A stretch of 64,000 bases of DNA from Kiritimatiellia bacterium (GTDB lineage: Bacteria; Verrucomicrobiota; Kiritimatiellia; RFP12; UBA1067): NCBI GenBank assembly GCA_017520845.1, contig JAFXEU010000052.1, positions 23,621 through 87,620 on the forward strand, read 5' to 3'. The translations under genes were made by a program, and so were the position numbers. This document shows positions 47,210 through 56,868 of this stretch, piece after piece (the stretch's first letter is position 1; the number at the start of each line of letters is the position of its first letter). The notes beneath the pieces are model-generated. The model ran no database searches and was not told where the DNA came from. It saw only the letters and a program-made list of their open reading frames with translations.

Positions 47210-48070
47210 TTAGACGGTTGGAAATTCGGATGCGACAAAGTCGGCGAGCGCCGAACGCCAGTCAGGCATCGTATAACCTAAAAGCGCAAGAACACGTTTC
47301 TCAAGCGCGGAATTCTTAGGGCGCGGAGCCGGGCGCGGAAACTCGGCGGTGGTACACGGAACCAGGCCGCGCTTCAATGACGGCATAAGTTTCTTGAGCT
47401 CCGCCGCGAAATCGTACCAGCTCGCAGTACCCTCGCACGTCGCGTGTACGGTCCCTTCGAGAGAAGGCTTCGAAAGAATAAATCTTATCGCTTCGGCGAC
47501 GGCCTCGGCGCTCGTAGGGTTGCCGAACTGGTCGTTCACGACCTTGACGGGTTCGCCGTCGGCGGAAAGAAGCTTTACCATCGTATGAACGAAGCTCGGC
47601 CCGCCAGATCCATAGAGCCACGCGATTCTTAAAACAACCGCCTCGGGATAAAGCGAGCGGATCATCTCCTCGCCGGCGAATTTGGACGCGCCGTATACCG
47701 TGCGCGGACGCGGCGTATCCTCCTCGTTCCACCCGTCGCGCCCTTCTTCAGGTTCACCTGAAAAAACATAGTCGGTTGAAACCGCGATAAGACGCGCGTT
47801 CATCGCGGCGGAAACTATCGCGACGTTGCGCGTCCCCTCCTCGTTGATCCTGTAAGCAAGAGCGCTGTCGGTTTCACATCCGTCGACATTCGTCATCGCG
47901 GCGGCGTGAATCACGACGTCAGGATCCGCCTCGGCGAAAAACGCGGCTATGCTGGATCGATCGGTGATATCGCATTCGGGAAGATCGGCAACGACTACCT
48001 CATCGCTTTTGAACGCCTCGCAAAGCGTCCGCCCGAGCATCCCCTTCCCTCCGGTAATCAAGATTTTCAC
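47210..48070 (-). CDS. rmlD: dTDP-4-dehydrorhamnose reductase
   Basis: N-terminal MKILITGGKGMLG Rossmann motif, plus the STDYVF and YGASK active-site motifs. Length is 286 aa. Confidence 0.8.
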   Translation of the reverse strand: MKILITGGKGMLGRTLCEAFKSDEVVVADLPECDITDRSSIAAFFAEADPDVVIHAAAMTNVDGCETDSALAYRINEEGTRNVAIVSAAMNARLIAVSTDYVFSGEPEEGRDGWNEEDTPRPRTVYGASKFAGEEMIRSLYPEAVVLRIAWLYGSGGPSFVHTMVKLLSADGEPVKVVNDQFGNPTSAEAVAEAIRFILSKPSLEGTVHATCEGTASWYDFAAELKKLMPSLKRGLVPCTTAEFPRPAPRPKNSALEKRVLALLGYTMPDWRSALADFVASEFPTV

Positions 48071-49353
48071 TCTGCCGCGCCTTTCTCGTCAACCATGCCG
48101 TTTTTCTTCGCGACGATGTAAGTGCAGACGTTGTCGCCCGTAACGTTACAGCTCGTCTCGAACATGTCGAGAATCGGATTGATCCCGAGCGCGAGCGCAA
48201 CTATAAGTGAAACCTGATCCGGTTGAAGACCCATGCCTTCAAGAACCATGAATAGAAGAAAAACCGAACCTCCGGGGATACCGCCAGCGCCGACCGAGGC
48301 GAACATGATCGAAAGGCACAGCATCGAAATCTGAACGAACGTGAGATCGTATCCGAAGATATTAGCGGCGAGAATCACAAACACCGGAAGATGAACGCAG
48401 ACGCCGTCCATATTTATCGTCGCGCCCATCGGGAGCGAAAAACTCGAAAGAGAACGCGACACCCCGAGATCGTCCATCGATCTGAACGAGACGGGCAGCG
48501 TCGCGGCGGACGAGCGGGTTACGAATGCCGTCAGCATGGCGGGTCGGATTTTCCGGAACGCCTTAAGGGGATTCTCCCGGCAGAAAAGAAGAATCGCGAG
48601 CGGATAGATTACAAACATCATCGCGGCGACGCCGACGATAACGCAGAGCGCAATACGCAGATAAGGCCCGAAAAGCAGCGTCCCGTTCTGCGCGAAGTTG
48701 GCGACGGAAAGCGCAAAAACGCCGATCGGGAAATAGAGCATCACCCAGTCAATCAACTTGAACATCGCCTGCTGTGCGCCGTCAACCGCCGTTATCATGG
48801 CGCGCACAGGTGCGGCGCTCTCTCCTGCGGCGTCGATAATGGCGCGGGCTGCAAGACCGAAGGCGATCGCGAACGCGATGATCGGCAGAAACTGCCCTTC
48901 GGCGAGAGCGGCGAAAGGATTTTGAAATATCCCGACGATGAAATCGCCGAACGAGTTCGCAGCCCCGGACGAGGTTATCTCTTTGGCTCCCTCCATATAA
49001 TCGGAGGCTAGTCTTTCGGCTCCTCCCACCTTCGGATTCATAATCCAGGCGAGGGCGACGCCGAAGACCGTCGCGAAAAGCGACGTGGCGAAATACCACA
49101 GTATTACAAATCCGCCGACCCGTCCTGACTTCTTCAAAGGTATCGACGCCGCGCCGTAAATAAGCGAGAAGAGAATGATCGGATAGACGACCATCTTCAG
49201 CATCGAAACGAGAATATCTCCGAAGGGTTCTACAAAAGGCATTATGCGGGAGATGGTTCCCGCAGAACACCATTTTGAGAGCCCCAAGCCGAGAAGGGAT
49301 CCGCCGAGAAACCCCGCTAAGATTCTAAAGAGAAGCGCTTTCTTCTTATCCAT
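48067..49353 (-). CDS. dicarboxylate/amino acid:cation symporter (DAACS family)
   Basis: 428 aa. Multi-TM with re-entrant loop motifs (SSAATLP, GLQPDQVSLIVALALGINPILDM) typical of the GltP/SstT family. Confidence 0.7.
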   Translation of the reverse strand: MDKKKALLFRILAGFLGGSLLGLGLSKWCSAGTISRIMPFVEPFGDILVSMLKMVVYPIILFSLIYGAASIPLKKSGRVGGFVILWYFATSLFATVFGVALAWIMNPKVGGAERLASDYMEGAKEITSSGAANSFGDFIVGIFQNPFAALAEGQFLPIIAFAIAFGLAARAIIDAAGESAAPVRAMITAVDGAQQAMFKLIDWVMLYFPIGVFALSVANFAQNGTLLFGPYLRIALCVIVGVAAMMFVIYPLAILLFCRENPLKAFRKIRPAMLTAFVTRSSAATLPVSFRSMDDLGVSRSLSSFSLPMGATINMDGVCVHLPVFVILAANIFGYDLTFVQISMLCLSIMFASVGAGGIPGGSVFLLFMVLEGMGLQPDQVSLIVALALGINPILDMFETSCNVTGDNVCTYIVAKKNGMVDEKGAAE

Positions 49354-49356
49354 AGC

Positions 49357-50907
49357 TTAACCGAGATTCTTTAAATCAAGCGCGAGCAAAAATTCGGGAT
49401 TTGACTGCGTCTTCTTGAGCGAATTGAGTACGCTCTTCATCGCGGACTCGGAGCCGGCGGGCGAAAGTATGCGGCGCATGCCCCAAGTTTTCTCGAGTTC
49501 GACGGGATCCAGGAGGAGATCTTCCTTTCGGGTTCCCGACTTCTCAATGTCGATCGCGGGGAAGATTCGCTTGTCGGCGAGAGAACGGTCGAGCACGATT
49601 TCCATATTGCCCGTACCCTTGAATTCTTCGAAGATGACCTCGTCCATGCGAGAGCCGGTATCAACGAGCCCGGTCGCGATAATCGTAAGCGATCCTGCGC
49701 CTTCGATGTTTCGCGCCGCGCCGAAGAAGCGCTTCGGGCGATGCATCGCGAGAGCGTCGACACCGCCGGTCAGGATCTTTCCGGAATGAGGCTGAACCGT
49801 ATTGTATGCGCGGGCCATTCGCGTAATCGAGTCCATAAGGATTATCACGTCGCGCCCGTTTTCAACCTGGCGCTTCGACATCTCAAGAACCATCTCGGTG
49901 ACGTTCACGTGATGCTGCGGCTCTTCATCGAACGTCGACGAAAGGACCATCGCCTTCGTGTTGCGCTGCATATCGGTCACTTCTTCGGGACGCTCGTCGA
50001 TGAGAAGAATAATGAGCATCGCATCGGGGTGGTTCGTCGAAATGGCGTTCGCCATCTTCTGCAGAAGGACCGTCTTTCCGACACGGGGCGGTGCGATTAT
50101 AAGACCGCGCTGACCGAACCCTATCGGAGTGAACAGATCGATGACTCGCGTCGAATATTCCTTAGGATCGGTCTCGAGAATGATTCGTCTCGTGGGGAAG
50201 GTGGCCGTCAGGTTTTCAAAATGAACTACGCGGGCGGCTACCGAAGGCTCCTTCCCGTTTACGGTGTTGACGTTGCCGAGACAGAAAAAACGGTCGCGGT
50301 CGCGCGGATCGCGGATCGGCCCTTCGATGATGTCGCCCGTTCTCAAAGCATGACGGCGAATCTGCTGCTGAGTGACGAAAACATCCTCGGGGCAGGCGAG
50401 AAAGTTGTTCTTGGCGGAGCGCAGAAAACCATGGCCCTCGCGCATAATCTCCAGGCACCCGCTTGCAAGAACCGCCCCGCCCTTCGCGAGATATGAACGG
50501 ATGGCGGCAAAAATAAGTTCATGCTTTCGATACGTACCCAATTCCTCGGGATCCGCGCCGGGCATCATACAGTCGACAATCTGTTGAGCGGGCCAGATCT
50601 GAATGTCCGCAAGGCGGTATTCGGGGAGATCGGGATTACGATTTGGATTGGATGCCGTCTCCTGGGCTTGGACGCGCTGCTCCTGCGGGAGGGGTGCGTT
50701 GAGAAGAGGATTCACCGACTCTGATCCGTTCGCGCCGCGGATAGGTGAATTATTCTGTTTTTCTCTACGCTGAAACTGCGGATGATGATTTTTATGAAAT
50801 TGCTTTTTACCCCCCTGATTGGACTGGGGGGCTGGAACCGGTTTAGGAGGCTGAGACTGTTTCACCGGTTTCGCGCTCATCGCGAAAACGTCTAATTCTT
50901 CGGACAT
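49357..50907 (-). CDS. rho: transcription termination factor Rho with an ~100-aa Q/P/N-rich N-terminal extension
   Basis: Rho RNA-binding and RecA-like ATPase core (GQRGLIIAPPRVGKT, TGLVDTGSRMDEVIFEEFKGTGNMEIVLDR). The N-terminus MSEELDVF...QSQPPKPVPAPQSNQGGKKQFHKNHHPQFQRREKQ is low-complexity. Confidence 0.85.
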   Translation of the reverse strand: MSEELDVFAMSAKPVKQSQPPKPVPAPQSNQGGKKQFHKNHHPQFQRREKQNNSPIRGANGSESVNPLLNAPLPQEQRVQAQETASNPNRNPDLPEYRLADIQIWPAQQIVDCMMPGADPEELGTYRKHELIFAAIRSYLAKGGAVLASGCLEIMREGHGFLRSAKNNFLACPEDVFVTQQQIRRHALRTGDIIEGPIRDPRDRDRFFCLGNVNTVNGKEPSVAARVVHFENLTATFPTRRIILETDPKEYSTRVIDLFTPIGFGQRGLIIAPPRVGKTVLLQKMANAISTNHPDAMLIILLIDERPEEVTDMQRNTKAMVLSSTFDEEPQHHVNVTEMVLEMSKRQVENGRDVIILMDSITRMARAYNTVQPHSGKILTGGVDALAMHRPKRFFGAARNIEGAGSLTIIATGLVDTGSRMDEVIFEEFKGTGNMEIVLDRSLADKRIFPAIDIEKSGTRKEDLLLDPVELEKTWGMRRILSPAGSESAMKSVLNSLKKTQSNPEFLLALDLKNLG

Positions 50908-50922
50908 AATTTTACCTTTATT

Positions 50923-51510
50923 TTAGGCTTTGGACCTTGAAACGAGATAGTCGACCAGCTTGCGGGCTTCTGCCTTTAAGTCTTCATCGGTGGAATCGTT
51001 CAAAATCACATAATCTGATTTCGCCGCCTTTATCGCCGGATCCATCTGGGCGGCGAGTCGGGCTTCCGCTTCTTCGCGCGTATAGCCGCGCAAAGACGTC
51101 ATCCTCTCAATCTGCTTCTCGCGAGAGGAGAGGATGCAGATTATTATATCATAATCTTTCTCCCATTGCACCTCGAATAATAGCGGGATGACGGCGATTG
51201 GGGGAACGGGGAACGGGGAATGGGGACAGTCCCCTTTAACCTCCTGACTCCTAAATCCTGACTCCTGACTCCTGACCCCTTCTATCGCGGAGAGGATTTT
51301 CCGGCGGACGAGCGGGTGTATCCGCGCTTCAAGCTCCTTGCGGGCCTCGGGGTTTTTAAAAACGACTTTTCTCAGTCTCTCGCGCTCTTCTTGCGGTATG
51401 AGTTCATGAACTATGTCGTCAGCGTCGACTGTTACGACCCCTAAATCGTTCAGATAATGCGAAAGGAGGGATTTGCCAGAAGCAATCCCTCCCGTAATAC
51501 ATACTTTCAT
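50923..51510 (-). CDS. coaE: dephospho-CoA kinase carrying an in-frame heptamer-element insertion
   Basis: N-terminal P-loop MKVCITGGIASGKS. The insertion SAIEG-[VRSQESGFRSQEVKGDCPHSPFPVPPIA]-VIPLLFE is encoded by the element at 51199-51280. Confidence 0.75.
   Translation of the reverse strand: MKVCITGGIASGKSLLSHYLNDLGVVTVDADDIVHELIPQEERERLRKVVFKNPEARKELEARIHPLVRRKILSAIEGVRSQESGFRSQEVKGDCPHSPFPVPPIAVIPLLFEVQWEKDYDIIICILSSREKQIERMTSLRGYTREEAEARLAAQMDPAIKAAKSDYVILNDSTDEDLKAEARKLVDYLVSRSKA
51199..51280. repeat. second copy of the heptamer/G4 element: GGGGGAACGGGGAACGGGGAATGGGGACAGTCCCC + spacer + CTGACTCCTAAATCCTGACTCCTGACTCCTGACCCC, in frame inside coaE
   Basis: Seen directly. It has the same orientation relative to the host gene as the uvrA copy. 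Confidence 0.7.
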
Positions 51511-51521
51511 TGTATTATCAG

Positions 51522-54500
51522 TTATTCTTTCTCAGGCGCAGGCTTAATGCTTGCGGCCTCATTGCCCCCGTTATTGGCGGAAATTTTAACTTCACGACCG
51601 TGAGCATCAACAAGACGCGTGGTCAGGAAGATAAGAAGATTGCGCTTGGAGGAATATTCCGAATGGCTACGGAAGAGACGACCGATAAAAGGAATGTCTC
51701 CAAGGAAGGGAACCTTGTCGTCCATCGCCTTACGCTGCTCGGTGATGAGACCGCCCATGACGATCGTAGCGCCAGGATATACAAGAACCTTCGAATCGAT
51801 TTCACGGATATGGAAGAAGGGCTGCTCCATCGGGGCATCGTAATACGTCATATTAGCGGAGCCCTGATTGCCGAGAGAATCAAGCGCGGCACCGGCCGAG
51901 TCGAGAGCCTTGATGGCGAATGCCTCTTTGACCTCGTCGCTCAGATTGGCTCCGAGCTGCGTGAAGATACTGATGACGCCTGTAAAGATTTCGCCGACGC
52001 CCTGGAAACTCTCGAGCGAACTGGAATTGCCCGTGAACGGAATACGCATACCGTAGTTCTTCCAGGTGGGCTCGTCGATGACCTTGGTGTTGAGCTGGAG
52101 ATCGATCAGGTTGCCGTTGTCGGTAAGCCTGGGCGTTACATCGAGAATGACGCCGACTTCCTGCTCCTTGAAGTTGGTAGGCTCAACGATAGCGAGAATC
52201 GCGCTCTGGCTGCCGCCGCCGTAATCCGATCCGCCGCTTCTCGAGCTCTGAAGCTGGACGTCGTACTCATCCGGGTAACGGTACATCGTAACAACCTTGA
52301 TAACGGCCTGCTCTTCCGAGCGAGTCAGAACTTTCGGAGCGGAGAGGAGGTCCGTGTCGCTACGCTGCGAAAGCATGTGAAGAATCATAGAAAGATCAGC
52401 CGATCCGAGGAAGGCGTTAACACGCATAAACTGATCGTTCGTCGAATAACCCTCGCCGGAAATATGGTTGCCGAGCGTTGAAAGGTAACGGTTGTTCATG
52501 CCGTAGCCGGAATCTCCGCCCGTGGCGCCAAAGCCAACGCTACCCTTCGCGCCAGTACCGCGAATCCACGGAGCACCCCTGGATGCGGCATACGATGTAA
52601 GGCTGTTGTTTACAGTCGTAGACGGAGTTACAATCTGATCCGTGGGGGTCTGATTGCCGATTGTGGGAATGCTCGGTGTTCCGCTAGTGGAAGGACCGGT
52701 AGCGGGGGTGTTACCGGCAACAGACTGATTGGCCGAGCCAAGATCCCACTGACCGTTCTTTATGCCGAGAAGTTTAGAGGCATGGCGACCGAGACCGAGC
52801 GAATAGTCGCTGTTGAGAATCCACTCGAATCCGAGGGAGTTAAGATCGTCCTGGCAGACTTCAACGAATCGGGCCTCGATTTCAATGAGCGTAGGCTTGA
52901 TGTTCAGTTCGTTGAGAGCGTTTTCAAGTTCAGCAAGATTCTCGAGCGTGTTCTTAACCTGAAGTTTGCCGAGAGTCTTAATATACATAATGGAAGAACC
53001 TTCGGGCCACTCGACACCCATAAGGCGGAAGAACTCCTTCCAGTCCTGCTCCTTGTTCTCGCCGTCGTCGTTGCTGGCTTTAGGTCTGGTGCTGAGGTTG
53101 AAACCGGTGTTTCCGCTGGCGCGAAGATCCTGAACGTCGGTCTGAGCCGTGTCCATACGATCCATGAACGAAGAAAGAACGGGGAAGCTGCGAGTATGCA
53201 TCTCTTCAACGGAAGCGTCCTTGTGCATAATCGTGACCATCGGTCCCTTTACGGTAAACTTGTAGTTTACGGCCTCGCAAACGAGCTTAAGCGCATCATA
53301 GAAGGAAATTCCGCTTGCGGTGATGATCGGCAAGACCGGTCCGCGCTCGCTGGAAGGCTTGGCTTCGGCGGTTTCGCTTACACCGAAACCGCTGCCGTTG
53401 TCGGCGCCGGCCTCGGCGTCCGCGGGAGCCTGCGCAATCTCCTGAGGCTTGAAGAAGAAGTTGAAACCACGCTGCTCGAGCGGAATATCAGGACGGTCGA
53501 AATCCTTGGAGAGCTGGCTGAACGTTTCAATCGCATCGCTGAGCGTAGCCGGAGGCTTGAACGAAATCGCGGGAAGGCGCATATCCTTCATACGCTTGAT
53601 GATTTCCTGCTCGGGGGAAGCCGTCTCATCCTTCTCGTCGGTCGGCTTTTTATTCGTATCGGCGACGACTTCGACGTCGCGAACGTCGATCGCATAGTTG
53701 GGCCTCCACGCTTTATCTACTTCGGCCATCATACCCTTGCGCGTAACCTCGCGCTCGCTGGCCATAATCGTTCTGCGCTTCTGATGGATTTTATCAAGAA
53801 GCCTCAACGCCTCCTGATTATAGGGGTCGTCATGGAGTACAAGCTCAACCTCGTCGCGCGCCTTATCAAGTTCTCTTACTGAAAGGTAGTGCTGAGCGCG
53901 TTTAAGGTGCTTTTTGTACTCGGCACGCTTTGCCTTAAAATCCTCGTCGTTACGGCGATGGGTGATTTCAGATACATCGGCCTTGTTGGCGTCGGGATCG
54001 CCTTCGGCAATCCAAGCCTCATGCTGACGGCGCGCCTTGGGGTGGCGGCAGTCGATAGCCTTCTGGATCAGCTTGAGGGCGCGCTCGCGGCGACCGGTCG
54101 CATTTTCCTGAAGAGCTGCTCTGTAAAGACCCTCGGCGATACCTTCCTGACACTTCTTCCTGAGACCGGAAAGCGAAGGAGAGGAATTCAGAAGCTTCAT
54201 CGCCAACGCATAATGACGGGCGGCTTCCTGGAACTCCTCGCCGGCCATGCACTTCTCGGCCTCGGCGATTTCGCGTTCAGCCTGAAGCTTGAACGCCTTG
54301 AAGCGCAACTCCTGAGTCTTACGCAGAGCATCGCGCAATTCCGCGTCCGTAGCCTTCTTGTTGTCGCCGTAATATTTCTCGGCGGGCTTTAGCTGACCGT
54401 CGTCAGCTGCGACCTTGGCGGGCTCTTCGTCCTTAGTCTCGGCGTCGGCCGCAGCCGCTTCGGGAGCAGGCGCCGCATCCTTAGCTTCAACGACAGGCTC

Positions 54501-54773
54501 AGCCGTCGCCGTTTGGGCGGGAGCCGGAGCAGGATCATCCGACAAAATGTCTGCAGAAGCATTCTCGGCAGGCGCCGGCGCCGGTGTCGCAACGGCCGGT
54601 TCCGCCGGCTTCGCAGGCTCTTCGGCTTTCTTCTCGACCGCGGTGTCACTACCGGCGAGATCGTTCAGCAAATCGTCAAGATCGTCTTGGGCAGACGCTT
54701 TGTATCCCGCGGCTACAAAAGCCGCAGTCGCTGCGAGTACCGTTAAATTCTTGAAAGTCGTCATTTTAAGCAT
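51522..54773 (-). CDS. secretin (GspD/PilQ family) with long N-terminal Ala/Pro-rich and TPR-like region, 1083 aa
   Basis: Signal peptide present. A/P/E-rich low-complexity region and TPR-like helices. The C-terminal secretin domain ends with VPFLGDIPFIGRLFRSHSEYSSKRNLLIFLTTRLV. Confidence 0.75.
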   Translation of the reverse strand: MLKMTTFKNLTVLAATAAFVAAGYKASAQDDLDDLLNDLAGSDTAVEKKAEEPAKPAEPAVATPAPAPAENASADILSDDPAPAPAQTATAEPVVEAKDAAPAPEAAAADAETKDEEPAKVAADDGQLKPAEKYYGDNKKATDAELRDALRKTQELRFKAFKLQAEREIAEAEKCMAGEEFQEAARHYALAMKLLNSSPSLSGLRKKCQEGIAEGLYRAALQENATGRRERALKLIQKAIDCRHPKARRQHEAWIAEGDPDANKADVSEITHRRNDEDFKAKRAEYKKHLKRAQHYLSVRELDKARDEVELVLHDDPYNQEALRLLDKIHQKRRTIMASEREVTRKGMMAEVDKAWRPNYAIDVRDVEVVADTNKKPTDEKDETASPEQEIIKRMKDMRLPAISFKPPATLSDAIETFSQLSKDFDRPDIPLEQRGFNFFFKPQEIAQAPADAEAGADNGSGFGVSETAEAKPSSERGPVLPIITASGISFYDALKLVCEAVNYKFTVKGPMVTIMHKDASVEEMHTRSFPVLSSFMDRMDTAQTDVQDLRASGNTGFNLSTRPKASNDDGENKEQDWKEFFRLMGVEWPEGSSIMYIKTLGKLQVKNTLENLAELENALNELNIKPTLIEIEARFVEVCQDDLNSLGFEWILNSDYSLGLGRHASKLLGIKNGQWDLGSANQSVAGNTPATGPSTSGTPSIPTIGNQTPTDQIVTPSTTVNNSLTSYAASRGAPWIRGTGAKGSVGFGATGGDSGYGMNNRYLSTLGNHISGEGYSTNDQFMRVNAFLGSADLSMILHMLSQRSDTDLLSAPKVLTRSEEQAVIKVVTMYRYPDEYDVQLQSSRSGGSDYGGGSQSAILAIVEPTNFKEQEVGVILDVTPRLTDNGNLIDLQLNTKVIDEPTWKNYGMRIPFTGNSSSLESFQGVGEIFTGVISIFTQLGANLSDEVKEAFAIKALDSAGAALDSLGNQGSANMTYYDAPMEQPFFHIREIDSKVLVYPGATIVMGGLITEQRKAMDDKVPFLGDIPFIGRLFRSHSEYSSKRNLLIFLTTRLVDAHGREVKISANNGGNEAASIKPAPEKE

Positions 54774-54823
54774 AACACTCCTTGAGATTATCGTATATAT
54801 TATAGACTTTTTTGGTTAACTAT

Positions 54824-55942
54824 TCAAGGGCTTTCGATAACCCGCACTTTATTCGATTTTACGTTCCTGATCTTCACCGCTTCACGATCGCGTCCGTTCC
54901 CCTTGCTCAATATCTTTTCAACAACAAATTCCTCGTCTCTGATTTTAAACTTTTGTCCTTCGACCACCTTTATATCCGTAACGCCGGCACGGCTACAGGA
55001 CAATGTCGCCTGAACGTCCGTAGGAGTCTTTTTAACCTCCTTGACAAAAGTGATTATCTTTCCGTCACTTAGGCGTTTAAGCGAAATTTCCGAAACATCC
55101 TTTTTCATGGGCGTACCCCATGACGTCTTAATCTCTTGCGTCTTGGGCTTATACTCAACGACGACAAAACCGGCCCTATAGTGAGCGTTGGGACTCTGCT
55201 TTGTGTTTTGCAAAGTATTGGCGATTTCTTCGCCCTTAAGCGCCCATAAAGTACCTCTGTCGATTTCATTGCGGCGCTCCGGCAGCCTGAACTGATATCT
55301 GTAATCGCCCTGATAAGGCATCGCACCGACAAATTCCAAAGTTGAAAATTCCTGCTTCAGCGCTCCGGCCAATTCAACATAATCGATGTAATCGGGATGT
55401 GACAACGCGTCCGCAGGATTGGTTTTCGCCGTAAACTCCTCCATATTGGTGAAGCCGTCCCCGTCCTTGTCGGCGCTCGCGTCGTCGTTCGCGACGTCGA
55501 GTCCGTATGTCCTCTCGTACTCGTCCAAAAGCCCGTCTCCGTCCGTATCGAGAACGACCTTGATGTCCTTAGTCTGCTTTACTTTACAGTAGGGACAGTT
55601 TTCAAGTTTTGACGGTATCAGGCGTCCGCACCCCGCGATCTGAGAGTCCGGCGAAATACACGCCTTGCGGCCTTCGGGCGCGAGAAAACTCCCCGCGTCG
55701 TCCGAAATCCCTTTCATCGACACCGGGTCGGAAACGGATTCAAGAAGCTCGACCACGCCGTCCTTACCATCACCGCCGGATTTCCCGGCGCGCGCGGAGG
55801 AGGAAGAACCCTCGGAAACCGTCTCGGACGACAGAACGAATTTGAACACCGCTACAAGCGCCAAAACGGCAATGCCGCCGAGAGCCGCGAGTTTATCCCA
55901 ATTCGACTTGAAAAAATCACCGTCACTTTTTCGAACGCTCAT
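54824..55942 (-). CDS. membrane-anchored periplasmic protein with CxxC...CxxC knot and thrombospondin-type-3-like Ca-binding repeats (DTDGDGLLD, DKDGDGFTN); pilus-assembly accessory candidate
   Basis: N-terminal TM helix. Positioned between the Amuc_1100-like gene and the secretin. Confidence 0.45.
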   Translation of the reverse strand: MSVRKSDGDFFKSNWDKLAALGGIAVLALVAVFKFVLSSETVSEGSSSSARAGKSGGDGKDGVVELLESVSDPVSMKGISDDAGSFLAPEGRKACISPDSQIAGCGRLIPSKLENCPYCKVKQTKDIKVVLDTDGDGLLDEYERTYGLDVANDDASADKDGDGFTNMEEFTAKTNPADALSHPDYIDYVELAGALKQEFSTLEFVGAMPYQGDYRYQFRLPERRNEIDRGTLWALKGEEIANTLQNTKQSPNAHYRAGFVVVEYKPKTQEIKTSWGTPMKKDVSEISLKRLSDGKIITFVKEVKKTPTDVQATLSCSRAGVTDIKVVEGQKFKIRDEEFVVEKILSKGNGRDREAVKIRNVKSNKVRVIESP

Positions 55943-56868
55943 TTCGACTCCTTACCCTTCTCGATCTTCTGTGTGAATATCACCGAGGTTATATTCATTT
56001 TAACCTTAAGAGGCGCCTCAGCGGCGGGATCCACCACTATAGCCTTAATCGCCTGCTCTCCCGCGGCGCTTTTTTTACCCATATCCTTCTTAACATCGAT
56101 CTTCTGAAGAAAGCTCTCGCCGTCGATAAACAGTGATTCAACGACGAAAAACCACTTGCCTTCGCCGCTTGCGAGCATATTCATAAACTTTACGAGAGCC
56201 GCCGGCTTGGCCTCAAACTCAACGGCGTATGTCTGTTCGTCGTATTTCGGGGCCTCCTCGGTCTTTTCAGCCGGTTTCCTCCTGGACCTGTTTCTTGCCG
56301 GCTTCTTAATCTCCGGCTCGCTCTGAGCCTTGACGACATCCGTAAACATTCCGAGCTGACAGACTCCGGCGTCGCGCATCAGTTCCATAATATGATAGAA
56401 ATCGCTCCATTGGCGCGCTACCAGAAGTTTGTTCTTCGGAGCGACGGCGCCGTCGTCTTTAACGTAATTGTAGAAAACCTTGAAATTCTGGTCGCCGTTT
56501 TTTGCGAGGAAATCGCCTGGAATGATTTTTACGGTCGAATCCGAAGGCCAGCTCTTAATCTCCCTGAATTCCGTGTTGATCGCCTGTTGAAGCTCGTTTT
56601 CGGATTTCTCGGCATGTCTTACCAGATTGGTGTTTACCATCGAATCATATCGCTCCGACATCAGTCCGTCAATCTCTTTGATATCTTCTGCGATCGTTTT
56701 ATCGCGGCTGACGCCGTTAAGGGCGCTGCACTTATTCTGAAGATCGGCAACTTCCTGTTTACGCTGGTCGATCGTTGACCCGTTCATGAAAACGAGAGCG
56801 AAAAAGACGAGAGCCACAGCCGCTCCGACACCGCCTGTCACCGCCATCGTAAGTTGATTTTTATTCAT
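55939..56868 (-). CDS. single-pass membrane coiled-coil protein, PilO-like; candidate homolog of Akkermansia Amuc_1100 pili-like protein
   Basis: N-terminal TM (LTMAVTGGVGAAVALVFFALVF) followed by a coiled-coil. The C-terminal block VEFEAKPAALVKFMNMLASGEGKWFFVVESLFI aligns by eye with the Amuc_1100 region LEIAFQGDRESVLKAMNAITGMQDYLFTVNSIRI. That comparison is from memory and is not verified. Confidence 0.4.
   Translation of the reverse strand: MNKNQLTMAVTGGVGAAVALVFFALVFMNGSTIDQRKQEVADLQNKCSALNGVSRDKTIAEDIKEIDGLMSERYDSMVNTNLVRHAEKSENELQQAINTEFREIKSWPSDSTVKIIPGDFLAKNGDQNFKVFYNYVKDDGAVAPKNKLLVARQWSDFYHIMELMRDAGVCQLGMFTDVVKAQSEPEIKKPARNRSRRKPAEKTEEAPKYDEQTYAVEFEAKPAALVKFMNMLASGEGKWFFVVESLFIDGESFLQKIDVKKDMGKKSAAGEQAIKAIVVDPAAEAPLKVKMNITSVIFTQKIEKGKESK

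Noticed and set aside
54389-54819. Arg-rich or Ala-rich small ORFs within the secretin 5' region
   Set aside because: They are products of the GC-rich Ala/Pro-coding low-complexity stretch of the secretin gene read in other frames.
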